Shown: positions 1-13,565, counted from the first letter of the whole stretch. The stretch: DNA of 63,364 nt, filler included, from Sphacelaria rigidula (GCA_964200075.2; 8 parts of 8 records of this genome joined end to end with filler, not necessarily neighbours in it); one strand, 5' to 3'. The notes: a model not told the origin generated them from the letters alone. Made by a program: numbers and translations.

Positions 1-128
1 CCCATCTCTACCCCGGTTCGTGCCTTTCATTTTGGTCTCGTGGACTGGGTCAGCTCTCCGCACCGCTTCAACTCACATCACAAAAACCCAGTCGACTACT
101 TTGTTTACTCACGTTCTCACGCTTTCCA
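1..128 (-). mobile_element. SINE body fragment (same family as 9340-9650)
   Basis: Reverse complement aligns by eye to 9436-9564 (TGGAAAGC.TGAGAACGTGAGTAAA...AGTAGTCGACTGG...CGAGACCAAAATGAAAGGC.CG.ACCGGGG..GATGGG). Truncated by the contig start. Confidence 0.8.
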
Positions 129-519
129 TATATATATATATATACACACACTTTTATTGCTGCCGTAGAGAAAAAAGTATGCGTAGGGTAGACACTCTCC
201 CATGATCGTAGTGGTGGGCGGAATCTGACCGTCGGATCCATACCAGCAAAAACCAAGCAGGATTAACGAGAGGATACTTACAAATTCGATCGCCGGTCCC
301 GCCGCCAACCGTACGCCGCGCGCTTAAAACAATAATTAATCGGTTGCAGCATCTCTGCAGGAGACCAACGCTCACGCCATACGTGGGAGGAGGTGTGCTT
401 CTTTGGCCCCCGCCCGCCATCCTTCCCTCCACCGAGTTCGCGGCTGGAATGTTTGGACAGATCTCGGCAGCGTTAGGCGGTGGAGCAGGTCGCAGCGACC
501 CCGTACTCGAAGATATCGC

Positions 520-1420
520 CTCCAGGTGGGATGACATTATAGGGAAGTAGATTCTTTAGTATGAAGACGGCCGTATCAGCACGTAAGATCCGTGCTTCAT
601 TCACGAGACGTGACCAGATGTTTTACAAAATATACACGTTAAGCCTTAGAAGGCAAGGTCAGCCACAAAATGAAATAACAAAGGGGCAGTTTTACACGAA
701 AATTGTCCATCCTTCATAAATGCTCGAATGTTCTGAGTGTGAAATAGCATGGTCGAGTCACAGTCTGATGCGTAACGGGTAGTGACGTGATGAGGGGCAT
801 TTCTGTGTTAACTTTCAGGGTATGTATACTCGACAGCGGTCCACCTTTGTCGTAGCCGTGCTTCCCGAGCAGGGTACTTGACGGAGGATCACTTATGGCG
901 TAGCGATTGTCACACGGTGACACTTGAGGTGATCTTGAAACGCAGCGGAGTAAGGAAATTTTCGAAGGCGACTATTGTGGTGTGTGCGTGCGTTGATGTA
1001 CGAACAGAGGGATGAGGCTTTGATCGTACCTCTCCGGACCTTTCGCCATCGTTCCAAGCTCTAGAAACCAACACCTTTCAACATGCTGTCGAGGATGTGC
1101 GAACGTTTCGCTCATTGTCGGCGTCCGGCCTTCCTATAAAGACCTCTGTTCCAAAACGTCAAGCAGCCGTGTGACAAGAGGGACAGCCTTACCCCCCACA
1201 AGATCGGCACGCCGAAGCGAGAATGTATCAGCAACCAGTGCCCGACGAGACGTATTTTCTTCCTCGCATGACCTCCCGTCTCGGAAGGACGAACGGGTGT
1301 CCAACCACACGCACCACGCTCATTGAATACCTCACCACATGGCCGCGAAAGGATGAACAAGTGCTCGGCCATACGCGCCACGCTGACGAAATACTTCACC
1401 ATGGCCGCGCCACATTCGTG
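520..1420 (-). pseudogene. Highly decayed Ty1/Copia integrase-region remnant
   Basis: Minus-strand peptide GEVFNERGACGWTPVRPSETGGHARKKIRLV...PILWG loosely fits the Copia integrase motif GI..EFT.....NG..ER...LWAEA. Many stops and frameshifts; recognised by eye only. Confidence 0.35.
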
Positions 1421-3099
1421 TGCAGTTTTTCTTGGCCCCTACGTAGAGCTTCAGCAATCGCCCATGCATATGGCGTACGTTTGATAGCCTCACAGGTCAT
1501 CATATGACACCGCTGTCACGCTCTCCCGCGAAGAGCACACGCGAGCAACGACTGTTCCTGCGAAATTTAGCGGCGCGAATTTTTGTAGCGGTCCGTTCCC
1601 CCAAGAATAGTTCCAATATTCTCGTCCGAAATTCAGCGGCAATCGTGTTGCCGATCCGACATCACCCCTGCCGTGAATGTGTTTCATTTCTCACGGTGCT
1701 ATGTTTTCCCAGGGTACGGCAGCGCGTGCTGGAGAAGACTCAGCTGTGGGGACCTAGTTTCAGTCTCTCTCGACAGTTTGAGTTCCATGATCCGAGGAAC
1801 AGGTGGGTGATGTAGTACAGCAAGAAACAGGCTAAGTCGACTTCCAGGTCGCAAACGAGTCCGATTCTGTGAAGAACCGACGTCATTGCAGAGAGCACGC
1901 GCTCGACGTTCGAAACTCAATAACTAGAGCACGAACACACTCTCCGCGGGAGCTCGCCACTTTTCCGTGGAAACATACTGATCTCAATCGTGTGGAATAC
2001 GACAGGTTCCTTTTTCGATAAATAAACGACAAAAAAAAAGTGAATCATAGCGGTCAAGTTTCGTCTGTGGCCGAAGGCTCCCTCGCTGCAAAATAGCTGC
2101 TGAAGAGCTCGCAGCACAGATAGATAACCCGCTGACTATTTCGATGTCGAAGGTGCCTCATAAGAGGACGTGTGATTCCATGCGTATACTCGCGGTAGTG
2201 TTTGTTCTAGAGGGTCGACACGCTTTCTTACGCCGCGCGGTAACAGGCTCGAAGTTAATCTTACAAGCGGGATAGATGCAGTCGGAGAGACAGACGACGA
2301 AGCTCGCCAGCAGCACAAAACTCACCTCGCTCTGTTGGCTAGAAAAAAAAAATCAAAAACAAATGACATGTTGGCAAGGTTGAGAGCTACCGTCGTGAGC
2401 CAGGTGTCGAAATATCGACTCAGAGGGGGAGAGCACAACACGATTAACACGCCTGAAAAATAACGTAGTACCGGTGGGTGCTTACCGGGTACGTCAACGA
2501 CATTCCGTCACGACCCACGGTACGTGCAAGAAAGGGTACGAGGTGAGGTGAGGCGGGTCGGATGGACGTCACTCGCAAGTTGACGAGACATTCAGGCCGT
2601 AAGCTAACGGAATCGGTGTACATTTTCCACGTATTTAATCCACAGAGGGATGGTGACTGTTCAGGACTTCTCGTCGGTAATGGAGCAGCTTGGGGTATAT
2701 CTGTCAGGACAGGAGACCAACCATCTGACCCGATTGTTCGACAGGTAAGCATAATAACTGCCACATTGCGACAAGTTCACTATATACGAATTCTACACCC
2801 ACCAAGCACTTCGCTGATGAGAACGCCAGCACCAACGGCGAAGGTAAGGTAATGCGTTACGATGAAACCAATGAAGAAGAACAGGCAACGGAAAATCGGA
2901 AGTAGAGAGAGGCAATATTTTTTCACGCAAAAATGTATCAAGACCTGGCCTCCGAAGGACCATTTTTGGCGATGGTAAAAATACGTTTTATTTTCTTTTC
3001 TCTTCTTCTTCACTTGATGATCCCAGTACACCGTTGGAATATCCGCCCATAGTCTCATTGTCCAGCGTTTCGCGGAAACATCGAGCACACGTACTCAGC

Positions 3100-3560
3100 A
3101 CAATGTTGCTCACTGATGCGACAGCCTTGGGGTGTGGTTATCCCGTGCATCCTGAGCAGACGAAAGTAGATCCCAGCGCGTTGTGTGGAGTGGTTCGTGG
3201 GGCGTGTTCGCCCCCCAGAAGTCTTTTATTTCCGCAGCCGCCATGTATGACCCTCAGAGAAACGCTGATTCATTGATGTCGAGTCGTGAAGGACTCTGAC
3301 TATATTGCAACCTGTTCCGACTAGAGTCTGCAGCGACGGAAAGAACGACTCCCGCGCGGAATCAGGTCAAAAGAGGAGTTGTGATATAACAAACCGGCGA
3401 TCCTAGTCTGGAACCAGACATTCTTTTTTCACTGACTGCGATTGTTTCGCCATGCCTTCAAGATATGGTTATTAGATATGTTAACAACAAACTACGTCCA
3501 TAACAACAATCTTATAATGCTCTCATTCTGATTGACTTCTTGATGAAAAACGTGAAAAAT
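3100..3560 (+). pseudogene. Decayed Copia RNase H remnant
   Basis: VDPSALCGVVRGAC...QPPCMTLRET resembles DRRSVSG.V....TQ.CVTLSTTEAE. Shares GGCGATCCTAGTC with the second remnant at ~5047. Confidence 0.4.
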
Positions 3561-3837
3561 GACGGAGTGTAGATATGGCGACGGGGCCATAGACTACACG
3601 GACTTCTGCCAGAGAATATTGTTCGACCAAGACGGGATGGAGGCTTTAGCCAACAAGATCAGCGTACGCTTCGCGGAACTCCGGTAAGGACGCAACATCG
3701 TGCTCAGGCAACTCCCTTAAAAGAACGCCGCTCCCCCAGGTCTTCCCACTGCGTCATTTATTCGGAAACGATAACTGCCCTGCGTGATTTTTCCGACGGT
3801 GTTCGAATTTCCGTGTGCCCCTCCCCCCTCCCCCTCC

Positions 3838-4005
3838 TGGTGATTGAGTGCGAGCCTGGTTTGGCGAAACCTCGGCGTTCTTCGTCCCGGTTTTGTAAGG
3901 ATGCGAGGTCAATGGTCATATGACTACGGCATGCATGATCATGAGTATCCCCCTCCCCCTCCTCCACCCTTGCTCCGCCTTGAAAGGGATGCGTAGTCAA
4001 TAGAC
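3838..4005 (+). repeat. Copy of abundant dispersed repeat with a poly-C tract
   Basis: TGATTGAGTGCGAGCCTGG...CGTCCCGG.TTTGTA.GGATGCGAGGTCAATGGTCATATG...GATCATGAGTA.CCCC. Other copies at 14120-14250, 14480-14600, 55820-55950, 12090-12127(-), 27830-27880(-) and 7800-7834. Confidence 0.85.
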
Positions 4006-4259
4006 AAACGGCGAAGGCAAGCAACAAATAAGTACGCCCCCCCCCCCCCAGTGTTCCTTTCTTGCGACCCAACCGTGTGTAGCCTTACATGGCCGAGACC
4101 TTTCGGATGAGGAAGAAGAATCGAAAGAGGTCATGTTAATTCTCGTTTCGAACCGACTTCGTATGTGAAGTCTGCTGAGGGAAGTATCAAATAAAAATAC
4201 CGAGCTTTTTCACCCTACGTCCAGCCACGTGGTCAAAAATAATAGTCAAGATGCACCAC

Positions 4260-5320
4260 GATCAGCAACAGCTCGTAGCAGATTACTAGACTGCTATGGG
4301 CGAACTGCTTCGCCTAGTCTGTCTCCCTCAGGTCCTCAATGGAACTGAGAGTACACGAGACGAGACTTGCAGCTGATAAGAGGTGAAGAGTTACTTAGTA
4401 AGCGAGAACAAATTTTCCGTGCTTTCATTTGATGACCCTCCGCCCGTTCGAGATGACCATGGACGGTGCTCCTTCCAGCTGATAAATGCCTAAGCGAGCA
4501 CGCGAGTGGACGTCTTCAAGCGGTGCTCCTCATCCGCGGAGTTGAGGAGAATTCAAGTCTCAAAAGTCTTTTATTCTGTTCTCGTCTGGTCAAGCTACTC
4601 TTCACTGCATGTTTTTCACTGCAAAGTGTCGTCCATCGGGTTCACCTCCAATTGTCGACCTTCTGCAGTGGTGTATGCAGGACTCGACACAGATTGTTTT
4701 ATACGGCGGACTTACACGATGTTTTCTAGAGCTGACTGCTGTCCTCGCTACATCGTACCGTACCGAGCCGTACCATGAGCACGTGTAGCCTGTTTCCCTC
4801 TGGCAGCTGCAAAGGCTCTGAGTTTCTCAACGTTTCTTTTCAACCCTGTATGTGCACTCCACTAGTACATAGAGGTTAAGGTCAGACGCAATCGTCGAAG
4901 ATGATATAGTAAGAGGTGCACGCTGCTTTCGTGATCGAGTGTTGCGTAGTTTTCCTCTGACGATGTCTACCACGAATCCGAGAAATTGGACCAATATTCG
5001 AATAATGGTAACGATAGAAAAGACAAACTTACTGTTGAGAATACTCTGGCGATCCTAGTCCAGATCCCGATGGTACTTACTAATGACGCTACGAATAACT
5101 ATGATCGAATTACCCTAAATCTGAACAATAAATGGGTGTTAACGATGATGATATGAATAAAAATCAGGCGAAGAGGGGTCGATATTCGATCCGCATTCAA
5201 CATGTACGACCTGAGCAATACCGGATTCGTCAGTCGCAGGGACTTCCGAGAAGCTATGAGAAAATTACAGGTAGGAAAAAAATGCCTTTTTATATTGATA
5301 TACAACAGAGTGAGCTGTGA
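4260..5320 (+). pseudogene. Decayed Copia RT/RNase H remnant
   Basis: Colinear degenerate motifs Y*TAMGELLRL (cf. YREAVGSLMWL), NRRR (cf. DRRS), TMSTT (cf. TLSTTEAE) and IRIQHVRPEQ (cf. I.I.HV.SE.Q.AD). Many stops. Confidence 0.45.
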
Positions 5321-5769
5321 TTTAGCGGTTCCTGACTTTTTACGGAACTGTCCTTAGAAAATCAGATGCTCCCGTGGTATCCGCAAGGGCGGTTCGTTCG
5401 GCTGAAATGGGGTCCCCCTTCGTGGGGTACCTATGTTCTTGCGCATGCGGTGTTCGTTGTCATTTCAACAGCCGAGTTTCTGAGCATTGCTCCTTTCTGC
5501 GTGCGCAGGGAAACAGGAGCGATCACCTAGCAGTACTGAAACACTATCCCGTTCATGCTCCGGAGTAGTCCAGAGCTCACCTGTTGAAAAACAAAATAGC
5601 ATGCTTTTTTCCCCTCTCTTTTCCCCTCATCTCCTCTCCTTCCCACTATTCTTGGCATCTGTGTGTATCGACTACAGTATTTATTAGTTTTTACACTTTC
5701 TCAGCGACTTCCGGTTGCTTCGCCGGCATTCCGTCAGTCGGTGTCCTTTTTCCTTCCTGAACTCTTATC

Positions 5770-6230
5770 TCAACGGCGTATTATCGTTGGCGTGGGGAAA
5801 ACCACAGGTGGCTCGCCACAGCAGTGACGTAACTTCTTCCAGAAGAGAGGTAATTCCTCTACATAGTCTCGCGCTTGCTCGATGAAGTCAAATGAGCCTA
5901 CCTCCTTCACCCCTCGAGCCCCGTGACGATCTCGATCGCAGATTCCCGTCACGGAACACCAGCTGCAGTCCCTCTGTTCCCGATTCGGCCAGCTCGGTGA
6001 CCCCGACAACGTCAGCTACGAAGATCTGTTTTTCTTCGCTCAGTCGGCCTTGCCTCAGCTGTCTACCACGAGGTGAAAATAGAGTTACGACGACGTGCGT
6101 GAAAAAAATATGGTGCTGTAGGTATTCTTTTTTTTGTCGGAAACCAAGAGCTCCTGATATAAGCTTTTCCATGGCAACGTCGAGTTGAAGTATATTGAGT
6201 GTTTTACGGCGAATTTTCTTAGCCATCGCT
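5770..6230 (-). pseudogene. Possible decayed Copia gag N-terminal remnant
   Basis: ORF 5888-6226 (DVVGVTELAESGTEGLQLVFRDGNL...) is only weakly reminiscent of algal Copia gag. Lies among other Copia remnants. Confidence 0.2.
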
Positions 6231-7834
6231 TCGCTAAATCAACGAGAGGATGAGACACAGTAGACTACCGCAGAGATTAATCTTGGCGCTCTTCACATGC
6301 AAGCGATCGGGTGAAACCAAGCAATATTCATCAACGAGCGAGAGACTCCTAGAAGCCGCATTTTGGTTGTGCTGAGCTCCGGTCGCTGAAAGATTGGTGA
6401 GGCCTTTCTGATTTCTTACCATACGGATATATATATATATCAAGAATGTACTGGGTACTAGGAAACGTGCAATCTGACAGCTAGTCATGGTTTACACAGA
6501 GAACAGCGTCCATATTTGATCCCGTGACTTGACTACAAATGAAATGGGTTTGTTTTTGTCCATCGTCCTGGTGGCAAGGCAATATCCCTTGCAGCTCATG
6601 CTGAATTTTCTTTCCATTGACCAATATTCTGTTTCTGTTAAAAACCCACAAAGCGACGATTGACCGTCGAACACTTGAAATGAGGTTCCTGTCTCCCTCT
6701 CAGCACTTGAAACGCAAAAAACGACACAGGAACACACGAGCAGCGGTAGACGGAAGTGGCTATGACGGGATAAGAGAGGCAGCCAGCGGACCGATTTTGG
6801 CAAAGGACAACGTGCAGCGGTGAGGGGGGCACAAAACAACGCGCCCTGAGTACGAACCCGTTGGTATTCGAGTGTATCGGTGGATTTCGTTGAACTTTCG
6901 AAGCCATCATGAACTGACTCGAAAACTAGATGACAGCACCTGCAGAAAAAAAACGCCTGCTTAGCAATTCAACTATTGATGTATGAAGGGGAGGAGGAGT
7001 GCCTTCATGTCTGTACATTTCGCTCTCCTGCTTCCACCTGTATAGGAGAAGCACTGAACGTGTCGTTTCATGGGTCGGCCAAATTCATGATTCGTCCGGA
7101 AATCACTTGATTTTAGTGCAATTGATTCGTACCATACGCAGAAATTGCAACAACACTAAATGGCGTTGCAGCCCAGGTACGCGCGACCCAGGTACGCGCA
7201 ACCCAGGCACGTGGAATGGCGCAAACGTTGCGTGGAGACTTTGTTTTACCAGCGGGCAACTTTTTTTTCTCTTTTTCGAGCATTCAGGCCTAAAACATCG
7301 TGAATTTGGTTATTCAAATCGACGATGGTTCGTCCGAACCTTGTATTGTTTGCCTTACATTCGTTTGTCGTGCGGATACCGACGGCGGCTGGATCATGAC
7401 TACCTCGGGAACCAGTGAATGTGCGATGATCAATCCATCAGTGAACCCGGTTAGTATCGTTGCCCGCGTTCCATATTTTGCCTTCAAGTACAACGTATTT
7501 GCTTGTGAACATGGTCGAAGCTACTCCACGTCCATGAAAAAGCACATCACGTAGAACATAAAAACATGTGTTGACCCCTACATATGCACAAAGTTGTTCC
7601 CACCTGTTGCTCGCGTATCATGTTCGCTTTAGTGAATAGACCCCCAGAGCTAGTCGTTTCTCTATTTGCGCTCGAAATGGCCTTTGCTATTTCTGTGAAA
7701 AATATCATCCACGAACAGCGACCGGCCGACCGCTGGTGATGCTCTTACTACTATCGCGGAGCAAACAGTGCCTGGTCTAGGTTCACCCCCCCCCCCCCCT
7801 ACTGCTCCGTCTCGAAAGGGATGCGTGGTCAATG

Positions 7835-7934
7835 NNNNNNNNNNNNNNNNNNNNNNNNNNNNNNNNNNNNNNNNNNNNTTAATTAATTAANNNNNNNNNN
7901 NNNNNNNNNNNNNNNNNNNNNNNNNNNNNNNNNN
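7835..7934. other. Artificial contig spacer
   Basis: N44-TTAATTAATTAA-N44; stop codons in all six frames. Confidence 0.99.
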
Positions 7935-8949
7935 CGTTTCTGGCCATTTTTCGTACCTTTCCTAGGCAAAAAACGAGAAGGTATACCTTTTCTAGGCCAT
8001 TGCCCTTAAAAAATTATATGTTCGGCACCGATCTACCCGCAATGGCAATAATTTGCCATAATCCACATACCCCGGATTATAGTTAGCGGTTGATTTTGTA
8101 TTCACTGGGCAGACCTGAATGCAGCTCTTCCTATTTTAGGTTTTCTTTCTCTCGATTCATGAGGGTGAGGTGGGTGCTATTGCATACACAGAAGTGCCTT
8201 GTTCTATCCATGTAAGGGGCTTTGATGAGGTCTCATTCGACCGCGGGTCTGCACCCATCAATACTCGGATGTACGGCAACGGTTTTTCAAACGCATAAGA
8301 AATGGATCGCGTAGTTCCCACAACCTCCATCGATACACATACAGGCTTATGTGCTACATCTATTTTACATGTTCAGGGCTTTCATTCAAGCTATAGATCG
8401 TCGCTGAACTCCTGGTATATCAAGACATATGTCCCCATATTATCGGCATCAAATCGCAGGTGTTTAGATTTTTTGCTCTTCGAAACACAAACAATGACCC
8501 AATGCTACATAATTTAATTCAATGCGTTTCAACTTATTCATGTATAAGCCGATATACAGTCAAATGCCAAATGCTGACAGCATTGCTGACACACCAGACT
8601 AGGCACACGCACCCCCCCACCCCCGGAGAAATGTGATGATTTCATCAATGTACAGCTACAATAGCTACGGTGGCTCTGTTGGAATTTTGACGGCAGCAGA
8701 GCGAAGGTGCTCAATTCTAGCTAAGAACATGTACAATAGTAGTAGTACCGTAAATGACGGGGTATAACACCCTAGGTACTTAGTTTGTTCAACTTCGAGT
8801 TGTCACGAAGAAACCTGCTTCTTTCTTGTCGAAGAGTCCCCAATATCGCAAAAATTTTCGCTGATACTGTTTGGGTTGTACTGGTATGACCTCTGTAATT
8901 ATCGGGAAATAAATATCGAAAATGTCACCACTGGGGGTATGATATCTCA

Positions 8950-9340
8950 TCACCTCACACACAAACTGAAGGTGACGAGACACAATACTCCCGGCTGTTA
9001 CGAGTACGGGTTCCAGCCTGAAGTTCCTCGGGGGGGGGGGGGAAGACCACAAAGTGGTGGTAGAGCCTACAGCAAGGTAGATCTCGACGAACATCGTTCA
9101 CCGGTGTACGTTTCATGTCATTGACAATCCAGTTCTGGCGAAGGTCGACGTCGAACAAGTGATCTTGCTATCCAGGTGAAAACGTGAGAGTGGTCTTCCA
9201 CCGTTCCACCGGTAGCTGACCCTGTCAAAGATCGTGTACCGTAGCAGCGAGGCGAAACAAGAGCAACCGTGTTCATTGCGCATATGTATATGGCTTATTT
9301 CATCGGTGTCGACGACGCTCAGGTGCTGGTTCGGAAGATT
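8950..9340 (+). pseudogene. Possible decayed DIRS/Ngaro-type reverse transcriptase remnant
   Basis: Colinear peptides KLKVTRHNT, VLAKVDVEQ and YFIGVDDAQVLV resemble K.R.IHDLT, LAK.DVK.AF and the YVDD region of DIRS RTs. Frameshifted. Confidence 0.3.
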
Positions 9341-9650
9341 ATGCCCAATAATGCCGTTAGTGTGGAGGGTGTAGAGAACGGGGGTTCGATTCCCGATGCG
9401 TTGGGTTCTTTCTTCGTTATGTATGATTTCCATCGTGGAAAGCATGAGAACGTGAGTAAAGAAAGTAGTCGACTGGTTTTGTGTGACGTGAGTTGATGCG
9501 GTGCGGGAGTGCTGACCCAATCTGCGAGACCAAAATGAAAGGCGCGTACCGGGGGAAAGATGGGTTGATCCCTTGAGACCATGGTCTCTTCTTCCCGAGG
9601 AAAGGAAGTGGTCCAAAGTGTCAAGGAAAAAGAAGGAAAAAAAAATGCTG
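9340..9650 (+). mobile_element. tRNA-derived SINE
   Basis: Pol III B-box GGTTCGATTCCC at ~9383-9394, body shared with 1-128, 3' tail CTTCCCGAGGAAAGGAAG followed by an A-rich tract. Confidence 0.75.
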
Positions 9651-9666
9651 GGGTTTATAGCACTCA

Positions 9667-9915
9667 GGCCGCTTCTTATAGTCAGAGAACGGACTCGTTG
9701 AGAACTGCCCTTTTTGAGTCTTCGCGGATTTTGGGCGGGATACGGGCTTTGGCGGACTGGACCTCCTCTGAAAGATTTGCTATGCTTTCCTAGAGGATTC
9801 TAGCCCAAGAGGACGCCCAATCCGCCAAGGCCCATATTCCGCCAAAAATTCGCGATGAAAGGCTGAAAATATGACAGTTATCAGAGAGTCCGTAGTCTGA
9901 CTAACAGAGGCGGTC
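9667..9915. mobile_element. MITE/foldback element (~250 bp)
   Basis: Imperfect ~100-bp inverted arms: GGCCGCTTCTTATAGTCAGAGAACGGACTC... versus ...GAGTCCGTAGTCTGACTAACAGAGGCGGTC. Confidence 0.7.
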
Positions 9916-10216
9916 GTATTGTAGACAACTTCTTACGGTACCGAGAACATACTCGTAGGTTCGTTCACGTTTTTTTTTTTTAACGCCGCACTATAGGACC
10001 AAACAATACAGGGAAAGTGTATGTATTTTTGCATTCGGCAGAGAAGCGGTCAGGACTCTCACAGTGACATACTACACTTCTGATAATCTCTGAGTGCAAT
10101 CAAGAAGCGCATGCTCGGTATGATTTTGTCACCCCGCTTTGTAACGAGAAACACCGTATAGAGTATACTCCGCTTGCATGATAATATGCACAGCACGCAC
10201 ATGGGCAATACTGTAG

Positions 10217-11990
10217 ACCGAACCGGAACATGATGAATTGAGAAACCGAAGAAAGATCGAACTGGAACAAAAGCATGAATAACGGCGAATTAGAATGAAG
10301 GCTGAATCGGAAGTACAGCACAAGTTGGAGCGAACCGAGACATGGACCGAACCGGAACATCACTATAATAAGTTGAAGCAAAGCGGAACATAGACTGAAC
10401 CAAAACAACAGCATGTATTGAAAGGAACTAAAACTTAGACCGAACCGGAACAACACTAATATGAGCGAACTGAAACGTAGACCGAACCGAAACTACAACA
10501 TTAATTGAGGCGAACCGAGAGATGGGCCGGACCACAAACAGGCAAAAATTGAATCCAACTGGAAGGTGAATCTAACTGGAACGTAAGTATGAACTTGAAC
10601 CCAACTGGAACATAGATTGAACCGGAAGTATGACAGAATTTATGGCGAATCGGAACATATGACGAACCGGAAGTACAACACAAGTTTAGGCGACAAAAAG
10701 CGGACCAAATCGGAGCAACAGCATGAATTGTAGTGAACCGGAACAAAGGAATAGATTTGAGCGAACCGAAACATGGGCCAACCCGAAACTAATGAACAAG
10801 TTGAACCCAATTGGAAGATATGCCGAATCGAAACACACACCGAACCGGAAGCACAACACAAGTTGAAGCGAATCGAGGCGTGGGCCGAACCGTCGGAACA
10901 ACAGCATGAATTGAAGCGAACCAAAAGATGGCCCGAACCGGAACGAGAACACTAATCGAACGAACATAGACCGAACCGGAACAACATCGTGAACTAAAAA
11001 AACGAAAACATGTATCCAGCAGCAACAACGGCATGAACTGAAGCGAACCGCAACATAGGCTGAACCAGAACGAAGGAACAAATAGAACCCTACTGCAACA
11101 TGCACCGAACCGGGCTAGAAGCACAGGTTATAGCAAATAGGAACAAAGACCGAACCGGAAGGATAGCACAAATTGAAGCGAATCGAATGGTACTGAATCG
11201 GAACAAGTGCATGAATTGGAGCGAATGGAAACATGGACCGAACCGGAACGACAGCGTGGATTGAAGCGAACGGAAACAAATCGTAAGTTGAGGCGAACGG
11301 AAACATAGACCGAACCGGAACGAAGGCATAAATTGGAGCGAACTGAAGCGTGGACCGAACCGGAACAACAGGATGAACGGAATCAAGCCGAAACATATGC
11401 TAAACTGGAACAAAAAAACGAATCGCACCAAACCGAAATATTTACCGAACCGGAATAAAGGCATAGACCATTGCGAATCGGAACAAAGGTCAATCGGAAG
11501 TACAGCACAAATTCAAGCGAACCGAAACGTAGACCAAATTGGAACAGCAGCGTAAATTGAAGGAATGAACCGGAACAAGGGCAGAACCGGAATAACAGCT
11601 TGGGTTTAAGCGAACCGAAACATAGACCGAATCGGAACAGCAGCATAAATTGAAGCGAACCCGGGTATAGACCAAGCCGCAACGAGACCATAAATGCAAC
11701 TGACCCAAAACATAGACCGAGCTAGAACGAGAGCATAGATAAAAGCAAACCGAAACATCGACCGAACCACAACGAGAAGGTGCATTGCACTTAATCCGAA
11801 CATAAACCCAACCGGAACAGAGGCGTGAATTGAAGCAAACCGACACGTGGACCGAATGTGGACAGAGTAAGGATAAGCTGATTTTCGTTTATGATTTTGT
11901 TTTTGCACTTTTTTTTGTGGTGATGCGGAGGAGAGGCGCGAACACATACCGAACCGGAATAAGGGCATGAATCGAAGCGACCTGAAACAG
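10217..11990. repeat. Degenerate ~45-bp minisatellite (roughly 35-40 units)
   Basis: Consensus GACCGAACCGGAACAACAGCATGAATTGAAGCGAACCGAAACATA. It produces recurrent 15-aa pseudo-peptides (MLLFRFGLCFGSLQF on the minus strand) in the ORF track. Confidence 0.9.
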
Positions 11991-12996
11991 ATCGAAGGCG
12001 GAGAGGTTAGGGAGAATGGTTCTTCTTATGATTTTATTTTTGCATTTTGTTCTTGTGGTTATGTGGAGGAGGGGGGGGGGGAGAGGGGGGGGGTGTACTC
12101 ATGATCATGCATGCCATAGTCATAACACGGGGAGGGGGAGGGGGAGGGGGAGGGGGGGGTCCAACAATATGCCCTGTCTCCAGGCCATTCTTATTTATTT
12201 GGAGGAGAGCTATTTTCCAACATTTGGAATCGTGGGGATTTCTTCTCATTCTTTTCAGTGATATCTCGCTCCCACACTGGCTGCTTCAATCTCCACTTCT
12301 CCGCTCCTACAGTACACCGGAGTGCCCAGCAGCCAGCAGCAGCACCTTGTCTCAAGCTGTGCGCTTCCGTGACGATGGCCATGCCTGGGTTGGCTCACTG
12401 ACTACATGTGTCGTTGCCTACCTCGTCAATTTGGACAAAACACGATCTGCGTATGCTGTCGTGGGCATCGGAGCACTCGGGACTGCTAGCCCCACTAAAT
12501 TTCCGAATCTCGATGATCACACTTGAATCAAGTAATACACACCGTGGATATTTTGGCGCTCGAACGGAGACAAACTGTACTGGCTTGCTTTGCTAATTTC
12601 CTCGTTCGTTCTGCGGGTTGCATACATGAAAGTCCTTCCGATCTTCCGCTTTGAGGGTGCAATACAACCCCGCCGCGCCAACTGATGTATATACAGCAGC
12701 AATCGGTTCAAAACGCACTTCGTGGACTCGAATCCCGACAGAAACGCCTTTTCATTTTTTGAGTTCCCGTCGTCCTGAAACATGAGGACGTACGTGAGTT
12801 GGGGAAGTAATAAATAAATAAAATTGAATGAAAATCGAACGGCTGCGAGGGTACTGATCGAAATACTCGACAAAACGTTTGTGAGGCAAATGTCGGGGGG
12901 AGGGGAGATGCATTCATCCAATGAGAGTACAGAATGGATTGATCCGAGAAAGGGTCCTGTTCAGGGTATAACGAACGGAAACGTAACGAATAGCTG

Positions 12997-13565
12997 AACC
13001 ACCGTGCAGTAGGGTACAGCAGGGAACAGCAGACGACGAACTGAATAGGTGCATGTGGTCGTGCACTGCCCCTCAGCAAAGCACGTGAGCTTTTTCTGCT
13101 TCTCCCTCGTGCATTCGTAAATATGATGAGCGGAATATATCGTGCCCAGCATTAATGTAGATATTCCAGCACGTACAATGAAGTACATGTTAGTGCGAGA
13201 CATAACATTACCAGGCATACGAAATGTTGTTGCGGCGTACGGCCGCAGATTCGTGAGGCGCAACATGGGGAAGGATGCGGCTAAACCACCGTGAGGTAAG
13301 GGTACACAGCAGACGACGAACTGAATACGTGCATGTGATCGTGCACTGCCCCTCAGCGAAGCACGTGAGCTTTTTCTGCTTCTTTCTCGTGCATTCGCCA
13401 AAATGAAGAACTAATGATATTGTGCCCAGCATTACTGTAGATACTCTCTCACGCAAATGTGAAGTACATGGTAGTACGAGATATAACATTACCAGGCATA
13501 CAAAATGTTGTTGCGGCGTGCGGTCCCGCAGATTCGTGAGGCGCAACATGGAGAAGGATGCGGCG
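12997..13565. repeat. Tandem duplication, 2 x ~285 bp
   Basis: Units ~12997-13282 and ~13284-13565 both start AACCACCGTG and end GCAGATTCGTGAGGCGCAACATGG.GAAGGATGCGGC. Confidence 0.9.

Noticed and set aside
7879-7890. Periodic TTAATTAATTAA palindrome
   Set aside because: Synthetic six-frame stop linker inside N spacers.
10217-11990. CRISPR-like array or intact repeat protein
   Set aside because: No constant repeat with unique spacers, no cas genes, eukaryotic context; reading frames are repeatedly broken.
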